DNA from: Eledone cirrhosa
Taxonomy: Eukaryota
Direction: 5' to 3'
NCBI GenBank assembly: GCA_964016885.1
Contig: OZ024748.1
Location: 34,906,001-34,970,000, forward strand
Length of the DNA: 64,000 nucleotides
In this document: positions 1 to 15,000 of the stretch, piece after piece
Numbering within the stretch: position 1 is the stretch's first letter
Layout: the number at the start of each line of letters is the position of its first letter
Translations under genes and position numbers: made by a program
The notes under the pieces: generated by a model
The model's database searches: none
Told to the model about the DNA's origin: nothing
What the model saw: the letters and a program-made list of their open reading frames with translations, nothing else

Positions 1-3000
1 ATGGTACACAGGAGTTACATGGATGGTAGACAGGAGTTACATGGATGGTAGACAGGAGTTACATGGATGGTAGACAGGAGTAAGATGGATGGTAGACAGG
101 AGTTACATGGATGGTAGACAGGAGTTAGATGGATGGTAGACAGGAGTAAGATGGATGGTGGACAGGAGTAAGTTGGGTGGTAGACAGGTGTTATAAGGAT
201 GGTAGACAGGAGTTACATGGATGGTAGACAGAAGTAAGATGGATGGTAAACAGGAGTTACATGGATGGTAGACAGGAGTACCATGGATGGTAGGCAGGAA
301 TTACATGGATGGTGGACAGGAGTTACATGGATGGTAGACAGGAGTAAGATGGATGGTGGACAGGAGTACCATGGATGGTAGACAGGAGTAAGATGGATGG
401 TGGACAGGAGTAACATGGATGGTAGACAGGAGTTACATGGATGGTAGACAGTAGTAACATGGATTGTAGACAGTAGTAACATGGATGGTACACAGGAGTT
501 ACATGGATGGTAGACAGGAGTTACATGGATGGTGGTCAGGAGTAACATGGATGGTAGACAGGAGTTACATGGATGGTAGACAGGAGTAAGATGGATGGTA
601 GACAGGAGTTACATGGATGGTAGACAGGAGTTAGATGGATGGTAGACAGGAGTAAGATGGATGGTGGACAGGAGTAAGTTGGGTGGTAGACAGGTGTTAT
701 AAGGATGGTAGACAGGAGTTACATGGATGGTAGCAGGAGTAAGATGGGTGGTAGACAGGAGTAAGATGGGTGGTAGACAGGAGTTACATGGATGGTAGAC
801 AGGAGTTACATGGATGGTAGGAGTTACATGGATGGTAGACAGGAGTTACATGGATGGTAGACAGGAGTTACATGGATGGTAGACAGGAGTTAGATGGATG
901 GTAGACAGGAGTTACATGGATGGTAGCAGGAGTAAGATGGGTGGTAGACAGGAGTTACATGGATGGTAGACAGGAGTTACATGGGTGGTAGACAGGAGTT
1001 ACATGGATGGTAGACAGGAGTTACATGAATGGTAGACAGGAGTTAGATGGATGGTAGGCAGGAGTTAGATGGATGGTAGACAGGAGTTACATGGGTGGTA
1101 GACAGGAGTTACATGGGTGGTAGACAGGAGTAAGATGGATGGTAGACAGGAGTTACATGGATGGTAGACAGGAGTTAGATGGATGGTAGACAGGAGTAAG
1201 ATGTATGGTGGACAGGAGTAAGATGGATGGTAAACAGGAGTTACATGGATGGTAGACAGGAGTTACATGGATGGTGGGCAGGAGGGACAGTAGTAACATG
1301 GATGGTTGATAGGAGTAACATGTATGGTAGACAGGAGTAACATGGATGCTAGACAGGAGTAAGATGGATGGTAGACAGGGGTTACATGGATGGTAGTAAG
1401 GAGTAACATGGATGGTAGAGTGAATTTTGGTGGATGGTAAACTGGAGTTACATGGATGGTAGACTGGAGTTACATGGATGGTAAACAGGAGTTACATGGA
1501 TGGTGGACAGGAGTAACATGGATGGTAGACAAGAGTAACATGGATGGTGGACAGAAGTAACGTGGATGGTGGACAGAAGTAACATGGATGGTGGACAGGA
1601 GTACCATGGATGGTAGGCAGGAATTACATGGATGGTGGACAGGAGTACCATGGATGGTAGGCAGGAATTACATGGATGGTGGACAGGAGTTACATGGATG
1701 GTAGACAGGAGTTACATGAATGGTGGACAGGAGTTACATGGATGGTAGACAGGAGTACCATGGATGGTAGGCAGGAATTACATGGATGGTGGACAGGAGT
1801 TACATGGATGGTAGACAGGAGTAAGATGGATGGTAGACAGGAGTTACATGGATGGTAGACAGGGGTTACATGGATGGTAGACAGGAGTAACATGGATGGT
1901 AGACAGGAGTTACATGGATGGTGGACAGGAGTAACGTGGATGGTAAACAGTTGTTACATGGATGGTAGACAGGAGTAAGATGGATGGTAGATAGGAGTTA
2001 TATGGATGGTAGACAGGAGTAAGATGGATGGTAGATAGGAGTTATATGGATGGTAGACAGGAGTTACATGGATGGTGGACAGTAGTAACATGGATGGTAG
2101 ACAGGAGTTACATGGATGGTGGACAGGAGTTACATGGATGGTAGACAGGAGTTAGATGGATGGTAGACAGGAGTAAGATGGATGGTGGACAGGAGTAAGT
2201 TGGGTGGTAGACAGGTGTTATAAGGATGGTAGACAGGAGTTACATGGATGGTAGACAGGAGTAAGATGGGTGGTAGACAGGAGTAAGATGGGTGGTAGAC
2301 AGGAGTTACATGGGTGTAGACAGGAGTTACATGGATGGAAGACAGGAGTTACATGGATGGTAGACAGGAGTTAGATGGATGGTAGACAGGAGTTACATGG
2401 ATGGTAGACAGGAGTTACATGGGTGGTAGACAGGAGTTACATGGGTGGTACACAGGAGTAAGATGGATGGTAGACAGGAGTTACATGGTTGGTAGACAGG
2501 AGTTAGATGGATGGTAGACAGGAGTAAGATGTATGGTGGACAGGAGTAAGATGGATGGTAGACAGGAGTAAGATGGATGGTAAACAGGAGTTACATGGAT
2601 GGTAGACAGGAGTTACATGGATGGTGGGCAGGAGGGACAGTAGTAACATGGATGGTTGATAGGAGTAACATGTATGGTAGACAGGAGTAACATGGATGCT
2701 AGACAGGAGTAAGATGGATGGTAGACAGGGGTTACATGGATGGTAGTAAGGAGTAACATGGATGGTAGAGTGAATTTTGATGGATGGTAAACAGGAGTTA
2801 CATGGATGGTAGACTGGATTTACATGGATGGTAAACAGGAGTTACATGGATGGTGGACAGGAGTAACATGGATGGTAGACAAGAGTAACATGGATGGTGG
2901 ACAGAAGTAGCATGGATGGTAGGCATGAATTACATGGATGGTGGACAGGAGTACCATGGATGGTAAGCAGGAATTACATGGATGGTGGACAGGAGTACCA

Positions 3001-6000
3001 TGGATGGTAGGCATGAATTACATGGATGGTGGACAGGAGTACCATGGATGGTAGGCAGGAATTACATGGATGGTGGACAGGAGTTACATGGATGGTAGGC
3101 AGGAGTAAGATGGATGGTAAACAGGAGTTACATGGATGGTAGACAGAAGTAAGATGGATGGTAAACAGGAGTTACATGGATGGTAGACAGGAGTACCATG
3201 GATGGTAAGAAGGAATTACATGGATGGTGGACAGGAGTTACATGGATGGTAGACAGGAGTAAGATGGATGGTAGACAGGAGTTACATGGATGGTAGACAG
3301 GGGTTACATGGATGGTAGACAGGAGTAACATGGATGGTAGACAGGAGTTACATGGATGGTGGACAAGAGTAACGTGGATGGTAAACAGTTGTTACATGGA
3401 TGGTAGACAGGAGTAAGATGGATGGTAGATAGGAGTTATATGGATGGTAGACAGGAGTAAGATGGATGGTAGATAGGAGTTATATGGATGGTAGACAGGA
3501 GTTACATGGATGGTGGACAGTAGTAACATGGATGGTAGACAGGAGTTACATGGATGGTGGACAGTAGTAACATGGATGGTAGACAGGAGTAACATGGATG
3601 GTAGACAGGAGTTACATGGATGGTAGACAGGAGTAACATGGATGGTAGACAGGAGTTACATGGATGGTAGACAGGATTTACATGGATGGTGGACAGGAGT
3701 AAAATAGATGGTGGACAGGAGTTACATGGATGGTAGACAGGAGTAACATGGATGGTAGACAGGAGTTACATGGATGGTAGACAGGATTTACATGGATGGT
3801 GGACAGGAGTAAAATAGATGGTGGACAGGAGTTACATAGATGGTTGAGAGGAGCTACATGGATGGTAGACAGGAGTAGACATGGGTGATAGACAGGAGTT
3901 ACATGGATGGTAGACAAGAGTAACATGGATGGTAGACAGGAGTTACATGGATCGTAGACAGGATTTACATGGATGGTAAACAGGAGTAACATGGATGGTG
4001 GACAGGAGTAAGTTGGATGGTAGACAGGAGTTACTTGTATGGTGGACAGGAGGGACAGGAGTAACATGGATGCTACACAGGAGTTACAGGGATGGTGGAC
4101 AGTAGTAACATGGATGACAGCCAGGTGTTACAAGGATGGTAGAAAGTAGTAAGATGGATGGTAGACAGGAGTTACATGGATGGTAGACAGGTATTACATG
4201 GATGGTAGACAGGAGTTACATGGATGGTAGACAGGAGTTACATGGATGGTAGACAGGTGTAAGATGGATGGTAGGCAGGTGTAAGCTGGATGGTAGGCAG
4301 GAGTTACATGGATGGTAGGCAGGAGTTACATGGATGGTAGGCAGGAGTTAGATGGATGTTAGACAGGAGTTACATGGATGGTAGACAGGAGTAACATGGA
4401 TGGTAGACAGTAATTACATGGATGGTAGACAGGAGTTACATGGATGGTAGACAGGAGTTAGATGGATGGTAGACAGGAGTTATATGGATGGTAGCCAGGA
4501 GTTAGATGGATGGTAGACAGGAGTAAGATGGATGGTAGGCAGGTGTAAGCTGGATGGTAGGCAGGAGTTACATGGATGGTAGGCAGGAGTTACATGGATG
4601 GTAGGCAGGAGTTAGATGGATCTTAGACAGGAGTTACATGGATGGTAGACATGAGTAACATGGATGGTAGACAGTAATTACATGGATGGTAGACAGGAGT
4701 TACATGGATGGTAGACAGGAGTTAGATGGATGGTAGACAGGAGTTATATGGATGGTAGCCAGGAGTTAGATGGATGGTAGACAGGAGTTAGATGGATGGT
4801 AGACAGTAGTAAGATGGATGGTAGTCAGGGGTTAGATGGATGGTAGTCAGGGGTTAGATGGATGGTGGACAGGGGTTAGATGGATGGTAGACAGGAGTAA
4901 CGTGGATGGTAGACAGGAGTAACGTGGATGGTAGACAGGAGTTACATGGATGGTAGACAGGAGTAAGATGGACGGTAGATAGGAGTTATATGGATGGTAG
5001 ATAGGAGTTACATGGATGGTGGACAGTAGTAACATGGATGGTAGACAGGAGTTACATGGATGGTGGACAGTAGTAACATGGATGGTAGACAGGAGTTACA
5101 TGGCTGGTAGACAACAGTAACATGGATGGTAGACAGGAGTAACATGGATGGTAGACAGGAGTTACATGGATGGTAGACAGGAGTAACATGGATGGTAGAC
5201 AGGAGTTACATGGATGGTAGACAGGATTTACATGGATGGTGGACAGGAGTAAAATAGATGGTGGACAGGAGTTACATAGATGGTTGACAGGAGTTACATG
5301 GATGGTAGACAGGAGTAGACATGGATGATAGACAGGAGTTACATGGATGGTAGACAAGAGTAACATGGATAGTAGACAGGAGTTACATGGATCGTAGACA
5401 GGATTTACATGTATGGTAAACAGGAGTAACATGGATGGTGGACAGGAGTAAGTTGGATGGTAGACAGGAGTTACTTGTATGGTGGACAGGAGGGACAGGA
5501 GTAACATGGATGCTACACAGGAGTTACAGGGATGGTAGACAGGAGTTACAGGGATGGTGGACAGTAGTAACATGGATGACAGCCAGGTGTTACAAGGATG
5601 GTAGAAAGTAGTAAGATGGATGGTAGACAGGAGTTACATGGATGGTAGACAGGTATTACATGGATGGTAGACAGGAGTTACATGGATGGTAGACAGGAGT
5701 TACATGGATGGTAGACAGGAGTAAGATGGATGGTAGGCAGGAGTTACATGGATGGTAGGCAGGAGTTAGATGGATGTTAGACAGGAGTTACATGGATGGT
5801 AGACAGGAGTAACATGGATGGTAGACAGTAATTACATGGATGGTAGACAGGAGTTACATGGATGGTAGACAGGAGTTAGATGGACGGTAGACAGGAGTTA
5901 GATGGATGGTAGACAGGAGTTAGATGGATGGTAGACAGGAGTTAGATGGATGGTAGTCAGGGGTTAGATGGATGGTAGTCAGGGGTTAGATGGATGGTGG

Positions 6001-9000
6001 ACAGGAGTAACGTGGATGGTAGACAGGAGTAACGTGGATGGTAGACAGGAGTTACATGGATGGTAGACAGGAGTTACATGGATGGTGGACAGGAGTTAGA
6101 CGGATGGTAGAAAGGAGTTACATGGATGGTAGACAGGAGTTAGATGGATGGTAGGCAGGAGTTACATGGATGGTAGGCAGGAGTTAGATGGATGGTAGAC
6201 AGGAGTTACATGGATGGTAGACAGGAGTAACGTGGATGGTAAACAGTTGTTACATGGATGGTAGACAGGAGTTAGATGGATGGTAGACAGGAGTAAGATG
6301 GATGGTAGACAGGAGTTACATGGATGGTAGACAGGAGTTACATGGATGGTAGACAGGAGTAACATAGAGGGTAAACAGGAGTTACATGGATGGTGGACAG
6401 GAGTAACATGGATGGTAGACAGGAGTAACATGGATGGTAGACAGGAATAAGATGGGTGGTTGACAGGAGTAACATGGATGGTGGTCAGGAGTAACATGGT
6501 TGGTAGACAGGAATTACATGGATGGTGGACAGGAGTAACATGGATGGTAGACAGGAGTTACATGGATGGTAGTCAGGAGTAAGATGGATGGTAGACAGGA
6601 GTTACATGAATGGTAGACAGGAGTTACATGGATGGTAGACAGGAGTTACATGGATGGTAGACAAGAGTTACATGGATGGTAGTCAGGATTTACATGGATG
6701 GTGGACAGGAGTAACATGGATGGTGGACAGTAGTAACATGGATGGTAGACAGGAGTTACATGGATGGTGGACAGGAGTTACATGGATGGTAGACAGGAGT
6801 TAGATGGATGGTAGACAGGAGTAAGATGGATGGTGGACAGGAGTAAGTTGGGTGGTAGACAGGTGTTATAAGGATGGTAGACAGGAGTTACATGGATGGT
6901 AGACAGGAGTAAGATGGGTGGTAGACAGGAGTAAGATGGGTGGTAGACAGGAGTTACATGGGTGTAGACAGGAGTTACATGGATGGAAGACAGGAGTTAC
7001 ATGGATGGTAGACAGGAGTTAGATGGATGGTAGACAGGAGTTACATGGATGGTAGACAGGAGTTACATGGGTGGTAGACAGGAGTTACATGGGTGGTACA
7101 CAGGAGTAAGATGGATGGTAGACAGGAGTTACATGGTTGGTAGACAGGAGTTAGATGGATGGTAGACAGGAGTAAGATGTATGGTGGACAGGAGTAAGAT
7201 GGATGGTAGACAGGAGTAAGATGGATGGTAAACAGGAGTTACATGGATGGTAGACAGGAGTTACATGGATGGTGGGCAGGAGGGACAGTAGTAACATGGA
7301 TGGTTGATAGGAGTAACATGTATGGTAGACAGGAGTAACATGGATGCTAGACAGGAGTAAGATGGATGGTAGGCAGGGGTTACATGGATGGTAGTAAGGA
7401 GTAACATGGATGGTAGAGTGAATTTTGATGGATGGTAAACAGGAGTTACATGGATGGTAGACTGGATTTACATGGATGGTAAACAGGAGTTACATGGATG
7501 GTGGACAGGAGTAACATGGATGGTAGACAAGAGTAACATGGATGGTGGACAGAAGTAGCATGGATGGTAGGCATGAATTACATGGATGGTGGACAGGAGT
7601 ACCATGGATGGTAAGCAGGAATTACATGGATGGTGGACAGGAGTACCATGGATGGTAGGCATGAATTACATGGATGGTGGACAGGAGTACCATGGATGGT
7701 AGGCAGGAATTACATGGATGGTGGACAGGAGTTACATGGATGGTAGGCAGGAGTAAGATGGATGGTAAACAGGAGTTACATGGATGGTAGACAGAAGTAA
7801 GATGGATGGTAAACAGGAGTTACATGGATGGTAGACAGGAGTACCATGGATGGTAAGAAGGAATTACATGGATGGTGGACAGGAGTTACATGGATGGTAG
7901 ACAGGAGTAAGATGGATGGTAGACAGGAGTTACATGGATGGTAGACAGGGGTTACATGGATGGTAGACAGGAGTAACATGGATGGTAGACAGGAGTTACA
8001 TGGATGGTGGACAAGAGTAACGTGGATGGTAAACAGTTGTTACATGGATGGTAGACAGGAGTAAGATGGATGGTAGATAGGAGTTATATGGATGGTAGAC
8101 AGGAGTAAGATGGATGGTAGATAGGAGTTATATGGATGGTAGACAGGAGTTACATGGATGGTGGACAGTAGTAACATGGATGGTAGACAGGAGTTACATG
8201 GATGGTGGACAGTAGTAACATGGATGGTAGACAGGAGTAACATGGATGGTAGACAGGAGTTACATGGATGGTAGACAGGAGTAACATGGATGGTAGACAG
8301 GAGTTACATGGATGGTAGACAGGATTTACATGGATGGTGGACAGGAGTAAAATAGATGGTGGACAGGAGTTACATGGATGGTAGACAGGAGTAACATGGA
8401 TGGTAGACAGGAGTTACATGGATGGTAGACAGGATTTACATGGATGGTGGACAGGAGTAAAATAGATGGTGGACAGGAGTTACATAGATGGTTGAGAGGA
8501 GTTACATGGATGGTAGACAGGAGTAGACATGGGTGATAGACAGGAGTTACATGGATGGTAGACAAGAGTAACATGGATGGTAGACAGGAGTTACATGGAT
8601 CGTAGACAGGATTTACATGGATGGTAAACAGGAGTAACATGGATGGTGGACAGGAGTAAGTTGGATGGTAGACAGGAGTTACTTGTATGGTGGACAGGAG
8701 GGACAGGAGTAACATGGATGCTACACAGGAGTTACAGGGATGGTGGACAGTAGTAACATGGATGACAGCCAGGTGTTACAAGGATGGTAGAAAGTAGTAA
8801 GATGGATGGTAGACAGGAGTTACATGGATGGTAGACAGGTATTACATGGATGGTAGACAGGAGTTACATGGATGGTAGACAGGAGTTACATGGATGGTAG
8901 ACAGGTGTAAGATGGATGGTAGGCAGGTGTAAGCTGGATGGTAGGCAGGAGTTACATGGATGGTAGGCAGGAGTTACATGGATGGTAGGCAGGAGTTAGA

Positions 9001-12000
9001 TGGATGTTAGACAGGAGTTACATGGATGGTAGACAGGAGTAACATGGATGGTAGACAGTAATTACATGGATGGTAGACAGGAGTTACATGGATGGTAGAC
9101 AGGAGTTAGATGGATGGTAGACAGGAGTTATATGGATGGTAGCCAGGAGTTAGATGGATGGTAGACAGGAGTAAGATGGATGGTAGGCAGGTGTAAGCTG
9201 GATGGTAGGCAGGAGTTACATGGATGGTAGGCAGGAGTTACATGGATGGTAGGCAGGAGTTAGATGGATGTTAGACAGGAGTTACATGGATGGTAGACAT
9301 GAGTAACATGGATGGTAGACAGTAATTACATGGATGGTAGACAGGAGTTACATGGATGGTAGACAGGAGTTAGATGGATGGTAGACAGGAGTTATATGGA
9401 TGGTAGCCAGGAGTTAGATGGATGGTAGACAGGAGTTAGATGGATGGTAGACAGTAGTAAGATGGATGGTAGTCAGGGGTTAGATGGATGGTAGTCAGGG
9501 GTTAGATGGATGGTGGACAGGGGTTAGATGGATGGTAGACAGGAGTAACGTGGATGGTAGACAGGAGTAACGTGGATGGTAGACAGGAGTTACATGGATG
9601 GTAGACAGGAGTAAGATGGACGGTAGATAGGAGTTATATGGATGGTAGATAGGAGTTACATGGATGGTGGACAGTAGTAACATGGATGGTAGACAGGAGT
9701 TACATGGATGGTGGACAGTAGTAACATGGATGGTAGACAGGAGTTACATGGCTGGTAGACAACAGTAACATGGATGGTAGACAGGAGTAACATGGATGGT
9801 AGACAGGAGTTACATGGATGGTAGACAGGAGTAACATGGATGGTAGACAGGAGTTACATGGATGGTAGACAGGATTTACATGGATGGTGGACAGGAGTAA
9901 AATAGATGGTGGACAGGAGTTACATAGATGGTTGACAGGAGTTACATGGATGGTAGACAGGAGTAGACATGGATGATAGACAGGAGTTACATGGATGGTA
10001 GACAAGAGTAACATGGATAGTAGACAGGAGTTACATGGATCGTAGACAGGATTTACATGTATGGTAAACAGGAGTAACATGGATGGTGGACAGGAGTAAG
10101 TTGGATGGTAGACAGGAGTAAGTTGGATGGTAGACAGGAGTTACTTGTATGGTGGACAGGAGGGACAGGAGTAACATGGATGCTACACAGGAGTTACAGG
10201 GATGGTAGACAGGAGTTACAGGGATGGTGGACAGTAGTAACATGGATGACAGCCAGGTGTTACAAGGATGGTAGAAAGTAGTAAGATGGATGGTAGACAG
10301 GAGTTACATGGATGGTAGACAGGTATTACATGGATGGTAGACAGGAGTTACATGGATGGTAGACAGGAGTTACATGGATGGTAGACAGGAGTAAGATGGA
10401 TGGTAGGCAGGAGTTACATGGATGGTAGGCAGGAGTTAGATGGATGTTAGACAGGAGTTACATGGATGGTAGACAGGAGTAACATGGATGGTAGACAGTA
10501 ATTACATGGATGGTAGACAGGAGTTACATGGATGGTAGACAGGAGTTAGATGGATGGTAGACAGGAGTTAGATGGATGGTAGACAGGAGTTAGATGGATG
10601 GTAGACAGGAGTTAGATGGATGGTAGTCAGGGGTTAGATGGATGGTAGTCAGGGGTTAGATGGATGGTGGACAGGAGTAACGTGGATGGTAGACAGGAGT
10701 AACGTGGATGGTAGACAGGAGTTACATGGATGGTAGACAGGAGTTACATGGATGGTGGACAGGAGTTAGACGGATGGTAGAAAGGAGTTACATGGATGGT
10801 AGACAGGAGTTAGATGGATGGTAGGCAGGAGTTACATGGATGGTAGGCAGGAGTTAGATGGATGGTAGACAGGAGTTACATGGATGGTAGACAGGAGTAA
10901 CGTGGATGGTAAACAGTTGTTACATGGATGGTAGACAGGAGTTAGATGGATGGTAGACAGGAGTAAGATGGATGGTAGACAGGAGTTACATGGATGGTAG
11001 ACAGGAGTTACATGGATGGTAGACAGGAGTAACATAGAGGGTAAACAGGAGTTACATGGATGGTGGACAGGAGTAACATGGATGGTAGACAGGAGTAACA
11101 TGGATGGTAGACAGGAATAAGATGGGTGGTTGACAGGAGTAACATGGATGGTGGTCAGGAGTAACATGGTTGGTAGACAGGAATTACATGGATGGTGGAC
11201 AGGAGTAACATGGATGGTAGACAGGAGTTACATGGATGGTAGTCAGGAGTAAGATGGATGGTAGACAGGAGTTACATGAATGGTAGACAGGAGTTACATG
11301 GATGGTAGACAGGAGTTACATGGATGGTAGACAAGAGTTACATGGATGGTAGTCAGGATTTACATGGATGGTGGACAGGAGTAACATGGATGGTAGACAG
11401 GAGTTACATGGATGGTAGACAGTAGTAACATGGATTGTAGACAGTAGTAACATGGATGGTACACAGGAGTTACATGGATGGTAGACAGGAGTTACATGGA
11501 TGGTGGTCAGGAGTAACATGGATGGTAGACAGGAGTTACATGGATGGTAGACAGGAGTAAGATGGATGGTAGACAGGAGTTACATGGATGGTAGACAGGA
11601 GTTAGATGGATGGTAGACAGGAGTAAGATGGATGGTGGACAGGAGTAAGTTGGGTGGTAGACAGGAGTTAGATGGATGGTAGACAGGAGTAAGATGTATG
11701 GTGGACAGGAGTAAGATGGATGGTAGACAGGAGTAAGATGGATGGTAAACAGGAGTTACATGGATGGTAGACAGGAGTTACATGGATGGTGGGCAGGAGG
11801 GACAGTAGTAACATGGATGGTTGATAGGAGTAACATGTATGGTAGACAGGAGTAACATGGATGCTAGACAGGAGTAAGATGGATGGTAGACAGGGGTTAC
11901 ATGGATGGTAGTAAGGAGTAACATGGATGGTAGAGTGAATTTTGATGGATGGTAAACTGGAGTTACATGGATGGTAGACTGGAGTTACATGGATTGTAAA

Positions 12001-15000
12001 CAGGAGTTACATGGATGGTGGACAGGAGTAACATGGATGGTAGACAAGAGTAACATGGATGGTGGACAGAAGTAACATGGATGGTGGACAGAAGTAACAT
12101 GGATGGTGGACAGGAGTACCATGGATGGTAGGCAGGAATTACAGGGATGGTGGACAGGAGTACCATGGATGGTAGGCAGGAATTACATGGATGATGGACA
12201 GGAGTTACATGGATGGTAGGCAGGAGTAAGATGGATGGTAAACAGGAGTTACATGGATGGTAGACAGAAGTAAGATGGATGGTAAACAGGAGTTACATGG
12301 ATGGTAGACAGGAGTACCATGGATGGTAGGCAGGAATTACATGGATGGTGGACAGGAGTTACATGGATGGTAGAGAGGAGTAAGATGGATGGTAGACAGG
12401 AGTTACATGGATGGTAGACAGGATTTACATGGGTGATGGTCAGGATTAACATGGATGGTAGACAGGAGTTACATGGATGGTAGACAGTAGTAAACATGGA
12501 TTGTAGACAGTAGTAACATGGATGGTACACAGGAGTTACATGGATGGTAGACAGGAGTTACATGGATGGTGGTCAGGAGTAACATGGATGGTAGGAAGGA
12601 GTTACATGGATGGTAGACAGGAGTAAGATGGATGGTTGACAGGAGTTACATGGATGGTAGACAGGAGTTACATGGATGGTAGACAGGAGTAAGATGGATG
12701 GTGGACAGGAGTAAGTTGGGTGGTAGACAGGTGTTATAAGGATGGTAGACAGGAGTTACATGGATGGTAGACAGGAGTAAGATGGGTGGTAGACAGGAGT
12801 AAGATGTATGGTGGACAGGAGTTACATGGATGGTAGACAGGAGTTACAGGGGTGGTAGACAGGAGTTACATGGGTGGTAGACAGGATTTACATGGGTGGT
12901 GGTCAGGAGTAACATGGATGGTAGACAGGAGTTACATGGGTGGTAGACAGGAGTTACATGGATGGTAGACAGGAGTTAGATGGATGGTAGACAGGAGTTA
13001 CATGGATGGTAGACAGGAGTTACATGGGTGGTAGACAGGAGTTACATGGGTGGTAGACAGGAGTAAGATGGATGGTAGACAGGAGTTACATGGATGGTAG
13101 ACAGGAGTTAGATGGATGGTAGACAGGAGTAAGATGTATGGTGGACAGGAGTAAGATGGATGGTAGACAGGAGTAAGATGGATGGTAAACAGGAGTTACA
13201 TGGATGGTAGACAGGAGTTACATGGATGGTGGGCAGGAGGGACAGTAGTAACATGGATGGTTGATAGGAGTAACATGTATGGTAGACAGGAGTAACATGG
13301 ATGCTAGACAGGAGTAAGATGGATGGTAGACAGGGGTTACATGGATGGTAGTAAGGAGTAACATGGGTGGTAGAGTGAATTTTGATGGATGGTAAACTGG
13401 AGTTACATGGATGGTAGACTGGAGTTACATGGATGGTAAACAGGAGTTACATGGATGGTGGACAAGAGTAACATGGATGGTGGACAGAAGTAACATGGAT
13501 GGTGGACAGAAGTAACATGGATGGTGGACAGAAGTAACATGGATGGTGGACAGGAGTACCATGGATGGTAGGCAGGAATTACATGGATGGTGGACAGGAG
13601 TACCATGGATGGTAGGCAGGAATTACATGGATGGTGGACAGGAGTTACATGGATGGTAGGCAGGAGTAAGATGGATGGTAAACAGGAGTTACATGGATGG
13701 TAGACAGAAGTAAGATGGATGGTAAACAGGAGTTACATGGATGGTAGACAGGAGTACCATGGATGGTAGGCAGGAATTACATGGATGGTGGACAGGAGTT
13801 ACATGGATGGTAGACAGGAGTAAGATGGATGGTAGACAGGAGTTACATGGATGGTAGACAGGGGTTACATGGATGGTAGACAGGAGTAACATGGATGGTA
13901 GACAGGAGTTACATGGATGGTGGACAGGAGTAACGTGGATGGTAAACAGTTGTTACATGGATGGTAGACAGGAGTAAGATGGATGGTAGATAGGAGTTAT
14001 ATGGATGGTAGACAGGAGTAAGATGGATGGTAGATAGGAGTTATATGGATGGTAGACAGGAGTTACATGGATGGTGGACAGTAGTAACATGGATGGTAGA
14101 CAGGAGTTACATGGATGGTGGACAGTAGTAACATGGATGGTAGACAGGAGTTACATGGCTGGTAGACAACAGTAACATGGATGGTAGACAGGAGTAACAT
14201 GGATGGTAGACAGGAGTTACATGGATGGTAGACAGGAGTAACATGGATGGTAGACAGGAGTTACATGGATGGTAGACAGGATTTACATGGATGGTGGACA
14301 GGAGTAAAATAGATGGTGGACAGGAGTTACATAGATGGTTGACAGGAGTTACATGGATGGTAGACAGGAGTAGACATGGATGATAGACAGGAGTTACATG
14401 GATGGTAGCCAAGAGTAACATGGATGGTAGACAGGAGTTACATGGATCGTAGAAAGGATTTACATGGATGGTAAACAGGAGTAACATGGATGGTGGACAG
14501 GAGTAAGTTGGATGGTAGACAGGAGTTACTTGTATGGTGGACAGGAGGGACAGGAGTAACATGGATGCTACACAGGAGTTACAGGGATGGTGGACAGTAG
14601 TAACATGGATGACAGCCAGGTGTTACAAGGATGGTAGAAAGTAGTAAGATGGATGGTAGACAGGAGTTACATGGATGGTAGACAGGTATTACATGGATGG
14701 TAGACAGGGGTTACATGGATGGTAGACAGGAGTAACATGGATGGTAGACAGGAGTTACATGGATGGTGGACAGGAGTAACGTGGATGGTAAACAGTTGTT
14801 ACATGGATGGTAGACAGGAGTAAGATGGATGGTAGATAGGAGTTATATGGATGGTAGACAGGAGTAAGATGGATGGTAGATAGGAGTTATATGGATGGTA
14901 GACAGGAGTTACATGGATGGTAGACAGGAGTTACATGGATGGTAGACAAGAGTTACATGGATGGTAGACAGGATTTACATGGATGGTGGACAGGAGTAAC

